From IMG/VR virus record IMGVR_UViG_3300045988_005753: 64,000 nucleotides of DNA. One strand, 5' to 3'. A model generated the notes under the pieces. That model did not search any database. It had not been told where the DNA came from and saw only the letters and a list, made by a program, of their open reading frames with translations. This DNA comes from a virus (Duplodnaviria; Heunggongvirae; Uroviricota; Caudoviricetes). Positions 36,006-46,322 of the stretch are shown here, one piece after another. The stretch's first letter is position 1, and the number at the start of each line of letters is the position of its first letter. The translations under genes and the position numbers were made by a program.

Positions 36006-36492
36006 AGGATTTGGCAATTGTCCCACCTACGGTCATTGGGTATCTTTGTGTGGGGAAGTTGACCCCACTAAACATTTTGGCTTTGTCTATTTAGTATACT
36101 GTAAGAAAACCGGACAATACTATATCGGAAAGAAACAGCTTAATAGTGTGACCAAAAGAAAAGTTGCTGGTAAGACTCGGAAGAAGGTAGTCACTAAGGA
36201 AAGTGATTGGATGACTTATGAGACTTCTTCTGAGTATATTAAAAAAGATATTGAAAGCTTTGGAAAAGAATCTTTTGACTTTTACATTATTCAAACCTAC
36301 TACACAAAAGGTGGCCTAGTCTATGGTGAAGCAAACCTTCAACATAAATTCGATGTAATGACAAAAAGGATTGACTCGAAGCTCAGACTCTTCTACAATG
36401 CCAATATTGCAGCAATTAAGTTTATTACTAAAGAAACTTATGAAGATGCTGAAAAAAGAATCCATAAGGTAATGAAAGCAAATTGTGCTTGA
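35995..36492 (+). mobile_element. putative free-standing GIY-YIG endonuclease
   Basis: 165 aa ORF with GFVYLVYCKKTGQYYIGKK, a GIY...YIG-like pair about 10 residues apart. Confidence 0.35.
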
Positions 36493-36498
36493 TAACTA

Positions 36499-36762
36499 TT
36501 GAGAGAGAATAAAATGTTTAACAAAAGTAAAGCTGTGAGTCATGTAGCAAAAGTTGACAGCAAGATTGAAGAACTTGAGCGCATTCTTGCAAATGCCAGA
36601 GAGTCGATAATTAAAGAGGTTGAAGCTGTTGAATCTCAAATGCAGCACCTAATGCTTAAACGTCAAGAGCTACGTGAGCATCTGGAATATATTGAAACAC
36701 GAGAGCTAAAGGTTAACAGATATTTTAAGGAGTCCAAATGTTTAACTCAAGAGAATCAGTAA
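36499..36762 (+). CDS. hypothetical coiled-coil protein
   Basis: 87 aa ORF. Confidence 0.4.
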   Translation: MRENKMFNKSKAVSHVAKVDSKIEELERILANARESIIKEVEAVESQMQHLMLKRQELREHLEYIETRELKVNRYFKESKCLTQENQ

Positions 36763-37493
36763 AAAACTGGAATCTTCGTTGTGGAAACACTCAAAAGCAA
36801 CCTTACAGTGATGAGTATTGGGAATCTTTGAAATCTCAATCTCTGTGTATGCTTGAAGAAGCAAAAGAGCTTGTAAAAGCAATTGAAGAGAAAGACCCCA
36901 TTGAGACACTGGATGCTCAGGCAGATTTGCAATATGTTCTTGACGGTTTGATTTACCTGTCACAACATGACCATAACGGTGCTATGAAAGCTGTTTGCCA
37001 TAATAATGACCTGAAGTACACAGACGACTATGAAGAAGCTTTAAAGCGTCTTGCAGATATTGAGAAGCGTACTGGTCAAGAGTGTATCATCAGAATGTCA
37101 GTAGTTGATGGTAAAGAGTGGTATGCGATTGTTCGTGCAGCCGATGGGAAGATTATGAAGCAATCAAATCTCCCTAAAGTTCAGCTTGGTGAATACATTG
37201 TAGAACTTGAAAGCCAAGAACTTTTTGTGGTAGTATCTGACACATGCGTTATCTGCAAAGGTATTGTATGTAGCTTAAAGGATTTGGGTGTAGATGGTTT
37301 TGTAGAAGTTAATCCAATTACCTCTAAAGCAGATAAAGATTTCTGTAAAGAGAATGGACTATGGATTGCAGATATTGTCTACTATGATGGTGAGCAGTTC
37401 CATGTAACCTCATACCCGAAACTGAATTATGATGCTAATAACCTGAAGTGCTGGTTAAAAGGGGTTGGTTATAATGGATTCACAGAACATTAA
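36738..37493 (+). CDS. hypothetical protein with possible MazG-like NTP pyrophosphohydrolase N-terminal domain
   Basis: EEAKELVKAIEEKD...ETLDAQADLQYVL resembles the EExxE/D helix motifs of all-alpha NTP pyrophosphatases. Confidence 0.3.
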   Translation: MFNSRESVKNWNLRCGNTQKQPYSDEYWESLKSQSLCMLEEAKELVKAIEEKDPIETLDAQADLQYVLDGLIYLSQHDHNGAMKAVCHNNDLKYTDDYEEALKRLADIEKRTGQECIIRMSVVDGKEWYAIVRAADGKIMKQSNLPKVQLGEYIVELESQELFVVVSDTCVICKGIVCSLKDLGVDGFVEVNPITSKADKDFCKENGLWIADIVYYDGEQFHVTSYPKLNYDANNLKCWLKGVGYNGFTEH

Positions 37494-37797
37494 TAAAGAA
37501 GGTGTGGCTCAGAAGAGCCACTTCTCAAACTACAATATCTCTATGACGGTGTTTATGAATGACCCGTTACTTGAGAAGTATGGTGAGACTCCAGATACAC
37601 TTCTGGATAATGAACAAGTTTTAAAAGCAGTCCTGTACAAATACGGGATTGATATTGAGAAAGAGTATTCTTTTGAAATCTGTCAACACAGGAATACTTT
37701 TGGTAAAGTTGTAATGGCTCCACTCTTCATGGGTGTAGAAAGAACTGACTATGGTTGGTTATATCTAAAAAGAAACTTGGAGAAATACCGTGTCTAA
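37465..37797 (+). CDS. hypothetical protein
   Basis: 110 aa ORF. Confidence 0.4.
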   Translation: MVIMDSQNINKEGVAQKSHFSNYNISMTVFMNDPLLEKYGETPDTLLDNEQVLKAVLYKYGIDIEKEYSFEICQHRNTFGKVVMAPLFMGVERTDYGWLYLKRNLEKYRV

Positions 37798-38122
37798 AGC
37801 AAAAAAGTTATCTTATGATGACATTATCTCAGGTGCTAAATTAGGTGTTGATAGTATCGGACAAGATGTTAAGCACGGAGACACAGTTATGTACTGTGAT
37901 GACCGAAGAGGCAGAAGTGCAATCTTGTTTGGAAGAGTTGTTTGCAAGATGCGAGGCAATTACGTTGTTGAAGACATGAATGTGGATGTCACAAAACAGC
38001 TTGAAATAATTATGAATAGTGATATATCATGGTTCGTCAATTGTATGCACACTTCGTCAGTCACAAAGGTAAGTGATAAGTTTTACGATATGTGGCAGAA
38101 TGAGCAAATTTTCAAGATTTAA
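37790..38122 (+). CDS. hypothetical protein
   Basis: 110 aa ORF. Confidence 0.4.
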   Translation: MSKAKKLSYDDIISGAKLGVDSIGQDVKHGDTVMYCDDRRGRSAILFGRVVCKMRGNYVVEDMNVDVTKQLEIIMNSDISWFVNCMHTSSVTKVSDKFYDMWQNEQIFKI

Positions 38123-38127
38123 ACTAG

Positions 38128-38150
38128 GAGCCTCTTCGGAGGCTCTTCTC
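38128..38150 (+). terminator. terminator-like hairpin
   Basis: Perfect 7-bp stem GAGCCTC/GAGGCTC with a TTCG loop, then TTCTC. Confidence 0.45.
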
Positions 38151-38167
38151 ATCTGTAGGATTCAAAA

Positions 38168-40402
38168 ATGATTAAGACAATTAAAAAATCAAACGGTACA
38201 GTGGTAAGTTTTGACCCAGAAAGACTGAATAAGTGGGCATCATGGGCAGATAAGCGTGGAATCATCTGGTCAGAAGTCACTATGGAAGCCATGAAACGTG
38301 TCTATGAAGGTTGCACCACAAAAGAGATGCACCAAGCCATGATTGATGTTTGTGTTGATAAACAAACTCAAGAGTACTCAGACATGGCTGGACGGCTACT
38401 TCTGGGGATTATCTACAAAGAAGCCTTTGGAGGCTTTACTAAGGTTCCTACGCTGGTTACCTTCGTTAAAAATATGGAGAGAGCAGGACTTTGGGAGAAA
38501 ATGGACTATTCTCAGGAAGAGCTTGAATATCTGCAAGGGTATATTGTGCACTCAAAAGATATCTCTTACGGCTATGCAGTGTTGAAACAGTTCAGAGACA
38601 AATATGGTATCCGTGATATTAAAACAGGAAGACTTTTTGAGTCACCACAGTTTATGTTTATGGGTATGGCTATGAAAGCCTTTGAGAAGCAACCAAAACA
38701 CCGTAGACTGCAAGATGTGATTAAGCTGTACACTTACTTATCTGACCTGAAGATTAACGCTCCTACGCCTTATCTGAATGGCTTAAGAGCTACTAAATCA
38801 GGTTATGCGTCATGCTGTTTGATTAAGGCGAATGATACTGCTGAATCTCTAGGTATTGCTGCAAAGGTTGCCTATGACATGACCACAAAGCAAGCTGGTA
38901 TTGGTATGCTGATGGAGACTCGCACTATTGGTGATGGTATCCGTCAAAACACTATTGAGCACATGGGTAAACTGCCTTATTACAAGCTTGTACGTTCATC
39001 TGTAGAGGCAAATAAACAGAAGAGTCGTGGTGGTTCAGCTAACAACTTCTACACCGCTCTAGACCCGCAGATTGAAGATTTACTACGTTTGAAGCACCCT
39101 ACAACGGTTCCTTCTAAACGTATTAATGAGATGGACTACTCATTTGGTACAAATGATTATTTCTGGCAGTGTGTTCAATATGATACAGATTGGTTGCTAT
39201 TCTCTTACAAGGATGCACCAAAACTTTATGATATGTTCTACACCGCATCTGCTGATGAGTTTGCTATGGCAGTTGGTCACGCAGTACATTCTGGTGTTAA
39301 ACATAGACGAGTAAAGGCTCGTGAAATTGCTAAACTGTTTATCCAGCAGCGTTATGCAACAGGTCGTGTGTACCCATTCTTCACAAATAATGCAAACACA
39401 CATACACCATTTAAAGAGCCTTTGAAGATGTCAAATCTTTGCATGGAAATTGTGTTGCCAGTGTACGGCTTTGAGAAAGAGACAGACCTTTACAGAGATG
39501 ATGCTGTGAAAGAGGATGGTGAGGTAGCTCTTTGCTTCCTAGCTAGTTTGGTTGCAGGGAGAATTTCAGAAGATGAATACGCTGACGTTGCTTATTATGC
39601 TCTTGCAATGGTTGACTCCGTTATTGACCTTATGGATTATCCGTATCCATCGATGCGCAACCATGTTCAGAAGCGTCGTTCTGTTGGTATTGGCCTTACA
39701 AATGTGGCTCATTACCTTGCGAAAAACTACGTGAACTACTCTTCAAGAGCAGGTAAAACGAAGCTTCATGAGCTTGCTGAAATGCACTCTTACTACTTAC
39801 ACGAAGCTTCTTTAAGACTTGCTAAAGAGCGTGGTGTACCTGAATACATGAAGTTCACTAAGTATCCTGAAGGATGGGTTCCTCCGAAGACAGCTAACAA
39901 GAAGATTGATGAGAAGCATGATGCAAAACTAAGATATGATTGGGAAGACTTAGCACAACGTATCAAAGAAAATGGTGGCATCCGAAACTCTGTACTTGAG
40001 GCTTATATGCCTAATGAGAGTTCTTCACTGGCAACTAACACGACAAATGGCTTGTACCCAATTCGTGACTTTATTTTAACTAAAAAGTCTGCAACTGGTA
40101 ACGTACTGTTTATTGTTCCAGATTATGAAGAGTTAAAGTATGTCTATGAAATTGCTTGGGCTATTGACACCTTTGACCTGATTGATTGTTATGCAATTGT
40201 TCAAAAGTTCACTGGTCAAGCTATCTCTTCAGACTTCTATGTTGACTATGCAAAGTCTAAGAAGGTATCATTGGCTCAAGCTTTAAAATACATGATTTAC
40301 GCTAACTCGGTAGGTATGAAAACCATGTACTACCTTAACAGTCGCATCGGTGTAGGTAAGTCTGCACTGCAAGATGCCTATTGCGAGGGTTGTGGTGTTT
40401 AG
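38168..40402 (+). CDS. nrdA: ribonucleoside-diphosphate reductase, large subunit (class Ia)
   Basis: 744 aa with an N-terminal ATP-cone-like segment (MIKTIKKSNGTVVSFDPERLNKW); followed by a small-subunit gene and a redoxin. Confidence 0.8.
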   Translation: MIKTIKKSNGTVVSFDPERLNKWASWADKRGIIWSEVTMEAMKRVYEGCTTKEMHQAMIDVCVDKQTQEYSDMAGRLLLGIIYKEAFGGFTKVPTLVTFVKNMERAGLWEKMDYSQEELEYLQGYIVHSKDISYGYAVLKQFRDKYGIRDIKTGRLFESPQFMFMGMAMKAFEKQPKHRRLQDVIKLYTYLSDLKINAPTPYLNGLRATKSGYASCCLIKANDTAESLGIAAKVAYDMTTKQAGIGMLMETRTIGDGIRQNTIEHMGKLPYYKLVRSSVEANKQKSRGGSANNFYTALDPQIEDLLRLKHPTTVPSKRINEMDYSFGTNDYFWQCVQYDTDWLLFSYKDAPKLYDMFYTASADEFAMAVGHAVHSGVKHRRVKAREIAKLFIQQRYATGRVYPFFTNNANTHTPFKEPLKMSNLCMEIVLPVYGFEKETDLYRDDAVKEDGEVALCFLASLVAGRISEDEYADVAYYALAMVDSVIDLMDYPYPSMRNHVQKRRSVGIGLTNVAHYLAKNYVNYSSRAGKTKLHELAEMHSYYLHEASLRLAKERGVPEYMKFTKYPEGWVPPKTANKKIDEKHDAKLRYDWEDLAQRIKENGGIRNSVLEAYMPNESSSLATNTTNGLYPIRDFILTKKSATGNVLFIVPDYEELKYVYEIAWAIDTFDLIDCYAIVQKFTGQAISSDFYVDYAKSKKVSLAQALKYMIYANSVGMKTMYYLNSRIGVGKSALQDAYCEGCGV

Positions 40403-40457
40403 TTTTAATAACTATGAGGGTCGTAAAAGACCCTCTAAAATTAACTTTGGAGAGACT

Positions 40458-40715
40458 ATGAAAGATTTAATAGCAAACCATGAATGGACTATATACTTGC
40501 TCCACAAACCTCGGAAAACGTTGTACTACGTGAGTAGCACAGACATGATGATAAAACAAAATGATGACTCATGGGTCGATGGTGTCTCTTACATCTCTAC
40601 AGCAGATGGTAAAATCTATGCAAGACCTTATGACATGTTTAATAAAGAAAATTGGGAAGTTTTAGACAGAAAACAAGCCTTAGAGATGATAAAGAAAGGA
40701 GAAATCACATTATGA
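40458..40715 (+). CDS. hypothetical protein between nrdA and nrdB
   Basis: Track ORF 40374..40715 trimmed to the ATG at 40458 (GGAGA 5 nt upstream); its TGA overlaps the nrdB ATG. Confidence 0.4.
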   Translation: MKDLIANHEWTIYLLHKPRKTLYYVSSTDMMIKQNDDSWVDGVSYISTADGKIYARPYDMFNKENWEVLDRKQALEMIKKGEITL

Positions 40716-41785
40716 TTAACCAACACCCAATCTTTTTAGGTGGTGAGAGAAAGACATTTGACTCACTTAACAAGCACTACCCAAAAATCTTTGAGCTATA
40801 TAAACAACAAAAAGCTCAAGACTGGTCAGAAGATGAGTTCCCTTTTGAACAATCACGTCTTGATTTTGAGAGTGTACCAGCATCAATGTCAGGTGTAATG
40901 CTTGAGATTCTTAAGTGGCAGTGGGAAGCAGATACCCAAGTTGCTAAGAGTTTAGCGTTTGCTTTTGCACCATTCATCTCTGATGACATTTATGCAACTG
41001 CAATTATGAAGCAGTCTGAGATTGAAAACCTACACGCTCTGACTTACTCGGAGATTGTAAGGCAATGTATTAAAAATCCTGAAACAATCTTAGATGAGAT
41101 TAACCAGAACATTGCTGTACAAGACCGATTAAAAACTGTGAATCATGTTCTTGAAGAATTACTGGATGAAGGTATAAACTATCGACTGAGTTATGTCCGC
41201 GACTCACTTCTGGACAAAGACCCTTTACACTTCCATAAAGTGATTCTGAAAGGTCTATTTGCAGTGACTGCACTGGAAGGTATTTCTTTTATGGCATCCT
41301 TTGCATGTACTTTTGCACTTGATGCTCAAGATAAATTTCAGGGTATTGCTCAAGCTGTCCAGAAAATTATGCTTGACGAAATCCTTCACACTAAAATTGA
41401 TATTGAAGTTTTAAAAGAAACTTTAAGAGATGATGAGTGGCAAAAAGCTTTTCAACAAATTCTACCAGAGATTAAAGTAATCTTAGATGAAGTAGTTGAA
41501 AGTGAAGAGAAATGGTCGTATTATATCTTCTCCGAAGGACGTGCTGTAGTTGGTTTAAATACAAAACTTCTTCATGAGTGGGTTTACTATAACGCTGCCC
41601 CACTGTATGATATGTTTGGCATTCCCAGAGATTTTGTAGCTCCTAAAGAACCACCTTTGAAGTATATGATTAAGAAGATGGAAATTGATAAAGAGCAGAA
41701 TGCTAATCAGGAGCAACAGAACGGTGCGTATTTATTGAATACTGTTGTAGACGATTTGAATAGTGGATTTTTAGAGGTTCCTTAA
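40712..41785 (+). CDS. nrdB: ribonucleoside-diphosphate reductase, small subunit
   Basis: The track ORF starts at 40652 inside the upstream gene; the ATG at 40712 (MINQHPIFLGG...) has AAGGAG upstream; size fits the di-iron subunit. Confidence 0.75.
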   Translation: MINQHPIFLGGERKTFDSLNKHYPKIFELYKQQKAQDWSEDEFPFEQSRLDFESVPASMSGVMLEILKWQWEADTQVAKSLAFAFAPFISDDIYATAIMKQSEIENLHALTYSEIVRQCIKNPETILDEINQNIAVQDRLKTVNHVLEELLDEGINYRLSYVRDSLLDKDPLHFHKVILKGLFAVTALEGISFMASFACTFALDAQDKFQGIAQAVQKIMLDEILHTKIDIEVLKETLRDDEWQKAFQQILPEIKVILDEVVESEEKWSYYIFSEGRAVVGLNTKLLHEWVYYNAAPLYDMFGIPRDFVAPKEPPLKYMIKKMEIDKEQNANQEQQNGAYLLNTVVDDLNSGFLEVP

Positions 41786-42027
41786 TGACTTATGTAATTT
41801 ACTCCAAAACTGGATGCCCTCAGTGTGAGACTGCAAAGAATTTTGCGAAAGCTCGTGGTATTGACCATGTTGTGAGAATGTTAGGGCAGGATTATGAACT
41901 GTCAGACCTGATGGATATTGCACAGATGCCAGTTCGTCAGATGCCATTCATCATGAAAACTGACGGTCAAAACTTAAAACCTGTTGGAACGCTACAGAAT
42001 TTTATGGCAGAGGTGAATAATGCTTAA
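41785..42027 (+). CDS. glutaredoxin/NrdH-like redoxin
   Basis: 80 aa with a CPQC active-site motif near the N-terminus; translationally coupled to nrdB. Confidence 0.6.
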   Translation: MTYVIYSKTGCPQCETAKNFAKARGIDHVVRMLGQDYELSDLMDIAQMPVRQMPFIMKTDGQNLKPVGTLQNFMAEVNNA

Positions 42028-42226
42028 ACGCCTTTGGGAAGGTTTGGTTGTTGATGCACCAGCTATTGTGATTGGTATGCTTGTTGTTAACCTATTTACT
42101 GATTTTGAACAAGGTTCGTTGTTCGGAGCCATGTTACTATGGGTTATCTTTGAAATATTAGAGATACAGTTAGGCATCACTGAAAAACTAAGAGAACTCT
42201 TTTCGAAGTTTTCTAAAAAGATTTAA
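42020..42226 (+). CDS. small hydrophobic membrane protein
   Basis: 68 aa with two hydrophobic segments. Confidence 0.4.
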   Translation: MLKRLWEGLVVDAPAIVIGMLVVNLFTDFEQGSLFGAMLLWVIFEILEIQLGITEKLRELFSKFSKKI

Positions 42227-42233
42227 AATGAAA

Positions 42234-42255
42234 GGGTCTCTTCGGAGACCTTTTT
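42234..42255 (+). terminator. rho-independent terminator
   Basis: GGGTCTC, loop TTCG, GAGACC, then TTTTT. Confidence 0.55.
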
Positions 42256-42274
42256 AGCATGTAAAGGGGCAATA

Positions 42275-44419
42275 ATGAACAAAGTACAAATTATTAAAAA
42301 GAATGGCTCACTTGAAGAACCGGATATCAAAAAAGTTTTAGCAGCAGTCACAAAGTCAGCTAATAGGGTTGGATATAAAGAACTTCCACCAGATGTTACC
42401 CAAGCTCTTGAGTCAGCATTTATGAGGATTCTGGTAAAGTCCACTAAGCAGAATAATTTACTCATCTCGGTAAATGATATTCACAGTATTGTCGAGGGTG
42501 CTTTGGCAGAAGTCAATCACGAGATTTATGAGTCTTACTCAACATATAGAAATTACCGTAAAGAGGTTGCTCAAAATTGGGATGAGCTTTACCAAAAGAC
42601 TAAGGACACACTCTTCTTAGGTGACCGTGAAAATGCTAACTTTGACAGCAGTTTAATCTCCACAAAAGGCTCAATTATTCGTGGTTATCTGACTAAAGAA
42701 ATCTTTAAGCAGTACCATTTAACACCAGAGGAACTTGAAGCCATTGAAAAAGGGTTTATCTACATCCATGACTTAAGAGACCTAATTTTTGGTGGGATTA
42801 ACTGTTGCCTGTTCGACATTGGTAAAGTACTGAAAGGTGGCTTTGAAATGTCTGGCATCGAATACTGTGAACCGAAGTCTGTACTGTCAGCCTTACAAGT
42901 TATCGGTGATGTAGTTCTTTCAGCAACTGCACAGCAATTTGGTGGCTTTACTTTAGCAGAGATTGATAAGGTACTTGTACCGTATGCTAAGAAGTCTCTA
43001 CGTTATCATGCTGAGAAAGCAGAATCTTATGGTATTCCTAAAGAACATTACCATAATTATGTCATGGAGCAGCTACAGATTGAATTAACTCAAGGTTTCC
43101 AGTCACTTGAAATGAAACTAAACACTGTACCTTGTAGTCGTGGAGATTTTGCATTCACAACTTTAACATTTGGGTTACTTGACCCAGACATGTCTAATGA
43201 AGACAACCGATTACAATACATGATTGCAAGTACTCTCCTAGATGTTCGTATGAATGGACAAGGTAAGAGCAAGAAGCCTGTTGTATTTCCTAAACTGGTT
43301 TATATTTATGACCAGAAGAGACATGATGAAAATATCTGTCAAGGTCACCTGTACAGTAAAGCTATTGAGTGTTGCTCTAAAGCAATGTATCCAGACTTCT
43401 TAAGTGTATCTGGTCATGGTGCTGTAGCAGAGGCTTTTGAGCGTTCTGGCAAGGTAATTTCACCGATGGGTTGCAGAGCCTTCTTATCTCCATATCTTAA
43501 TGAGGATGGGGAAGAGTTCTATATTGGTCGTGCTAACATTGGTGCTGTATCTTTGAACTTACCGATGATTTACCAGTATTCTAAAGAGAATGGTTTAGAT
43601 TTCTGGAAAGAGCTTGATAAGTACCTAGAGATGATTCGCAGCTTCCACAAGAAACGCTACGAAATGATTGCTAATATGCCAGCAAGTTCTAACCCTCTTG
43701 CATTCACACAAGGTGGTCTGTACAAAGGAACTAAGAAACCTACTGACAAGGTTGGTTGGGATATTGTGAAGTCCTTCACAGCTTCTTTTGGTGTTACTGC
43801 GCTTGATGAGCTATCTGTTCTTGCTGAAGGTAAACGACTTCATGAAGTTGGAAGCTGTAGTTTTGCATACGATGTTCTGGCATACATCAACATGAAAACT
43901 GAAGAGTTTAAAAATGAAGATGGCTTCTTATATGCCGTCTATGGTACTCCAGCAGAATCACTTTGCGGAACTCAGCTAAAACAGTTCAGAGATATGTTTG
44001 GCGTTATCAAAGGTGTTTCTGATAAGGAATACTTTACAAACAGTTTCCATATGAATGTTGCAGCAGACATCTCACCATTTGAGAAGCAGGACTTAGAAGA
44101 GCCATTCTTCCATATCTGTAGAGGTGGGAGAATCCAGTATGTCAGGGTAGCTAACCCAGAAAACTTAACAGCACTTAAAAGTTGTATTACAAGAGGGATG
44201 TTGAAAGGTTTCTATCAGGGGCTTAACTTTGACTTAGCAATCTGTGAACATTGTGGTAACAGACCAAAGGCTGATGTTGAAGAATGTGAGGTTTGCCATT
44301 CACATGATATCTCTGTGATTAACAGGGTGTGTGGGTATCTTGGATGGACTAAGATTAAAGGTGAATCCCGAATGAACGATGCAAAAATCGCTGAGATTCG
44401 TGATAGAGTCTCTATGTAA
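42275..44419 (+). CDS. nrdD: anaerobic ribonucleoside-triphosphate reductase (class III)
   Basis: 714 aa; C-terminal RVCGYLG matches the glycyl-radical motif; the activase gene nrdG lies downstream. Confidence 0.8.
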   Translation: MNKVQIIKKNGSLEEPDIKKVLAAVTKSANRVGYKELPPDVTQALESAFMRILVKSTKQNNLLISVNDIHSIVEGALAEVNHEIYESYSTYRNYRKEVAQNWDELYQKTKDTLFLGDRENANFDSSLISTKGSIIRGYLTKEIFKQYHLTPEELEAIEKGFIYIHDLRDLIFGGINCCLFDIGKVLKGGFEMSGIEYCEPKSVLSALQVIGDVVLSATAQQFGGFTLAEIDKVLVPYAKKSLRYHAEKAESYGIPKEHYHNYVMEQLQIELTQGFQSLEMKLNTVPCSRGDFAFTTLTFGLLDPDMSNEDNRLQYMIASTLLDVRMNGQGKSKKPVVFPKLVYIYDQKRHDENICQGHLYSKAIECCSKAMYPDFLSVSGHGAVAEAFERSGKVISPMGCRAFLSPYLNEDGEEFYIGRANIGAVSLNLPMIYQYSKENGLDFWKELDKYLEMIRSFHKKRYEMIANMPASSNPLAFTQGGLYKGTKKPTDKVGWDIVKSFTASFGVTALDELSVLAEGKRLHEVGSCSFAYDVLAYINMKTEEFKNEDGFLYAVYGTPAESLCGTQLKQFRDMFGVIKGVSDKEYFTNSFHMNVAADISPFEKQDLEEPFFHICRGGRIQYVRVANPENLTALKSCITRGMLKGFYQGLNFDLAICEHCGNRPKADVEECEVCHSHDISVINRVCGYLGWTKIKGESRMNDAKIAEIRDRVSM

Positions 44420-44428
44420 AACTTGACA

Positions 44429-44467
44429 AGGTGATGTGGGTCTTGATAGGCTTACATCACCTTTTTT
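44429..44467 (+). terminator. rho-independent terminator after nrdD
   Basis: AGGTGATGT (44429-44437) pairs with ACATCACCT (44454-44462); a run of six T follows. Confidence 0.5.
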
Positions 44468-44573
44468 ATTGGATGTTAGATATGGCAGAGAGTATTATTG
44501 GGTTGTTCATAGGTTCTGTCTTACTAGGGTTCTTTTTAGGACTCTCTTATTGTGAATTGAAAGGTAAGTTAAA

Positions 44574-44774
44574 ATGTTTAAGATATCAAAAGCGTTGATA
44601 TACATACTCCATATTCTAGTCTTCTTCTTTGGGGTTAGTGTTATGGTATGGGGTTTTTCAGACCCACAATGGAGTTTCTCATATCACGGTCAGATGGATT
44701 TATGGTCATGCTTCAAACCATTTTTAGGGTTAGTCATAGCATTCAGTGCATTACCAACTAAGGTGAAATTATGA
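44574..44774 (+). CDS. small membrane protein
   Basis: 66 aa, hydrophobic N-terminal half. Confidence 0.4.
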   Translation: MFKISKALIYILHILVFFFGVSVMVWGFSDPQWSFSYHGQMDLWSCFKPFLGLVIAFSALPTKVKL

Positions 44775-45166
44775 TTAAGTTGAGCCAAAAACAGTTAGAG
44801 TGGATTAAAGATTATGCCTCAGAGTGTGGCTCTTGTGAAAAGAATCACGTAAGATACTCAACATTCCACACGGTCTTCACATTGTATATCGGCGACAATG
44901 TTCTAAGTGATTCTGTAGAAGATGGTGTAGCATTGCCTAATGAATTGCTTGACAAATTAGCTGTAGTCTCTGGAACTTGGTCTGAAGAAGACGGTCATGA
45001 ATTATCTAACGATGTTGTCTTCTACACTCTTGAAAACATTATGAATCCAGAGTACATTATACTAATGACTTGTGCACAAGATTGTGTGCCATTACAAAAC
45101 TTCATTAAAGAACACTGCGAAGAATTTATTACTAAACAGGTTCCTTGTCAGGTGGTGTTTGAATGA
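44771..45166 (+). CDS. hypothetical Cys-containing protein
   Basis: 131 aa ORF with ATGA overlap to the upstream gene. Confidence 0.45.
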   Translation: MIKLSQKQLEWIKDYASECGSCEKNHVRYSTFHTVFTLYIGDNVLSDSVEDGVALPNELLDKLAVVSGTWSEEDGHELSNDVVFYTLENIMNPEYIILMTCAQDCVPLQNFIKEHCEEFITKQVPCQVVFE

Positions 45167-45462
45167 GTAAAACAATTCGAAGAAAAGGTTTAAAGAACGT
45201 TCATGGACTCTATGAGTGGAGAAATGAGGTACGTAACAGAGAAAATGCTTCAGATGTCTACTTCCATTCTGATATGATGTCCAGAAAAGGTGGCTCTTAC
45301 GACTTCACAAGCCAGCCTTGTAGAGAGATTAAGAAGGCCACTAAACGTCTTACAAGAACACAAATAAGGCAGCTTTCTAAGACATCCTTCTTAGATGAAG
45401 ATTTTGATATTGATAGCAAGTCTCCAAAGAAAGCCGCTAAGAACACTTATATGTATTGGTGA
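45163..45462 (+). CDS. hypothetical basic protein
   Basis: 99 aa ORF with ATGA overlap. Confidence 0.4.
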   Translation: MSKTIRRKGLKNVHGLYEWRNEVRNRENASDVYFHSDMMSRKGGSYDFTSQPCREIKKATKRLTRTQIRQLSKTSFLDEDFDIDSKSPKKAAKNTYMYW

Positions 45463-45471
45463 GGTAACTAG

Positions 45472-45957
45472 ATGAATTACATGGAGATTCGACCATTTGA
45501 CACAGCTAATGGTGAAGGGGTTCGTGTAAGCCTCTTCGTAGCTGGTTGTAAGCATCACTGTGAAGGTTGCTTTAATAAGGAATCTTGGAAGTTTAATGCT
45601 GGTAAAGAGTTCACTTATGCAAACCTTTATGGCATCATTAAGTTAATGGATGATAATGCCATCAGTGGGCTGTCAATACTTGGTGGAGAACCTCTGGATG
45701 ATAGAAACATTCAAGAGGTTACCAACATATGCAAACGTATTAAAACCATTTACCCAGAAAAATCTATCTGGCTCTGGACAGGTTTTCAGTTACATGAAAA
45801 AATTCACCTTGATGTGATGAAATATGTTGACGTGGTGATTGATGGTAAGTATGATTCATCTAAACCAACAGTTAAACCATATCGTGGTTCTGATAACCAA
45901 AACCTCTGGAGAAAAGAGTACGGATGGCAAGGTGATTGTCAGTGGAGAGCAGAGTGA
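45472..45957 (+). CDS. nrdG: anaerobic ribonucleotide reductase activating protein (radical SAM)
   Basis: 161 aa; CKHHCEGC is the CxxxCxxC radical-SAM cluster motif in the context typical of NrdG. Confidence 0.75.
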   Translation: MNYMEIRPFDTANGEGVRVSLFVAGCKHHCEGCFNKESWKFNAGKEFTYANLYGIIKLMDDNAISGLSILGGEPLDDRNIQEVTNICKRIKTIYPEKSIWLWTGFQLHEKIHLDVMKYVDVVIDGKYDSSKPTVKPYRGSDNQNLWRKEYGWQGDCQWRAE

Positions 45958-46053
45958 TTATTCTGGCAAATGGACTAAGGTATAACTCCAATTGGTATCA
46001 CTGAAGAAGAACTTCATAAATTATGTATTAAACTTTAATGAGAGAGACTAAAA

Positions 46054-46320
46054 ATGGGAATTTTAGGTAATATGAAAGCTGGATTCTTGAAGGCACTGGC
46101 AAAAGCAGCAGCAATTGTTTCTATGACTGGAAAGCAGGTCGGTGTAGATGCTTCAGCGGTTGCACAGGTTCTTACAAGCCAAATTGAACAGCAGCCTTAC
46201 ATCTACGTAGGACGTGGTAAAGGTGGTAAGAAACAAGCCCACCGCCAATCTGGTGCAGCAGCTATTAAACGAGCAGCTAAGAAAGCTCGTAACCGTAAAC
46301 GTAATAAGAAGGCTAAATAA
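46054..46320 (+). CDS. hypothetical protein with Lys/Arg-rich C-terminus
   Basis: 88 aa ORF. Confidence 0.4.
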   Translation: MGILGNMKAGFLKALAKAAAIVSMTGKQVGVDASAVAQVLTSQIEQQPYIYVGRGKGGKKQAHRQSGAAAIKRAAKKARNRKRNKKAK

Positions 46321-46322
46321 TC

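Noticed and set aside
44482-44598. 38-codon hydrophobic mini-ORF between the nrdD terminator and gene 44574..44774
   Set aside because: No Shine-Dalgarno sequence upstream and it overlaps the next ORF's start; it cannot be separated from chance.
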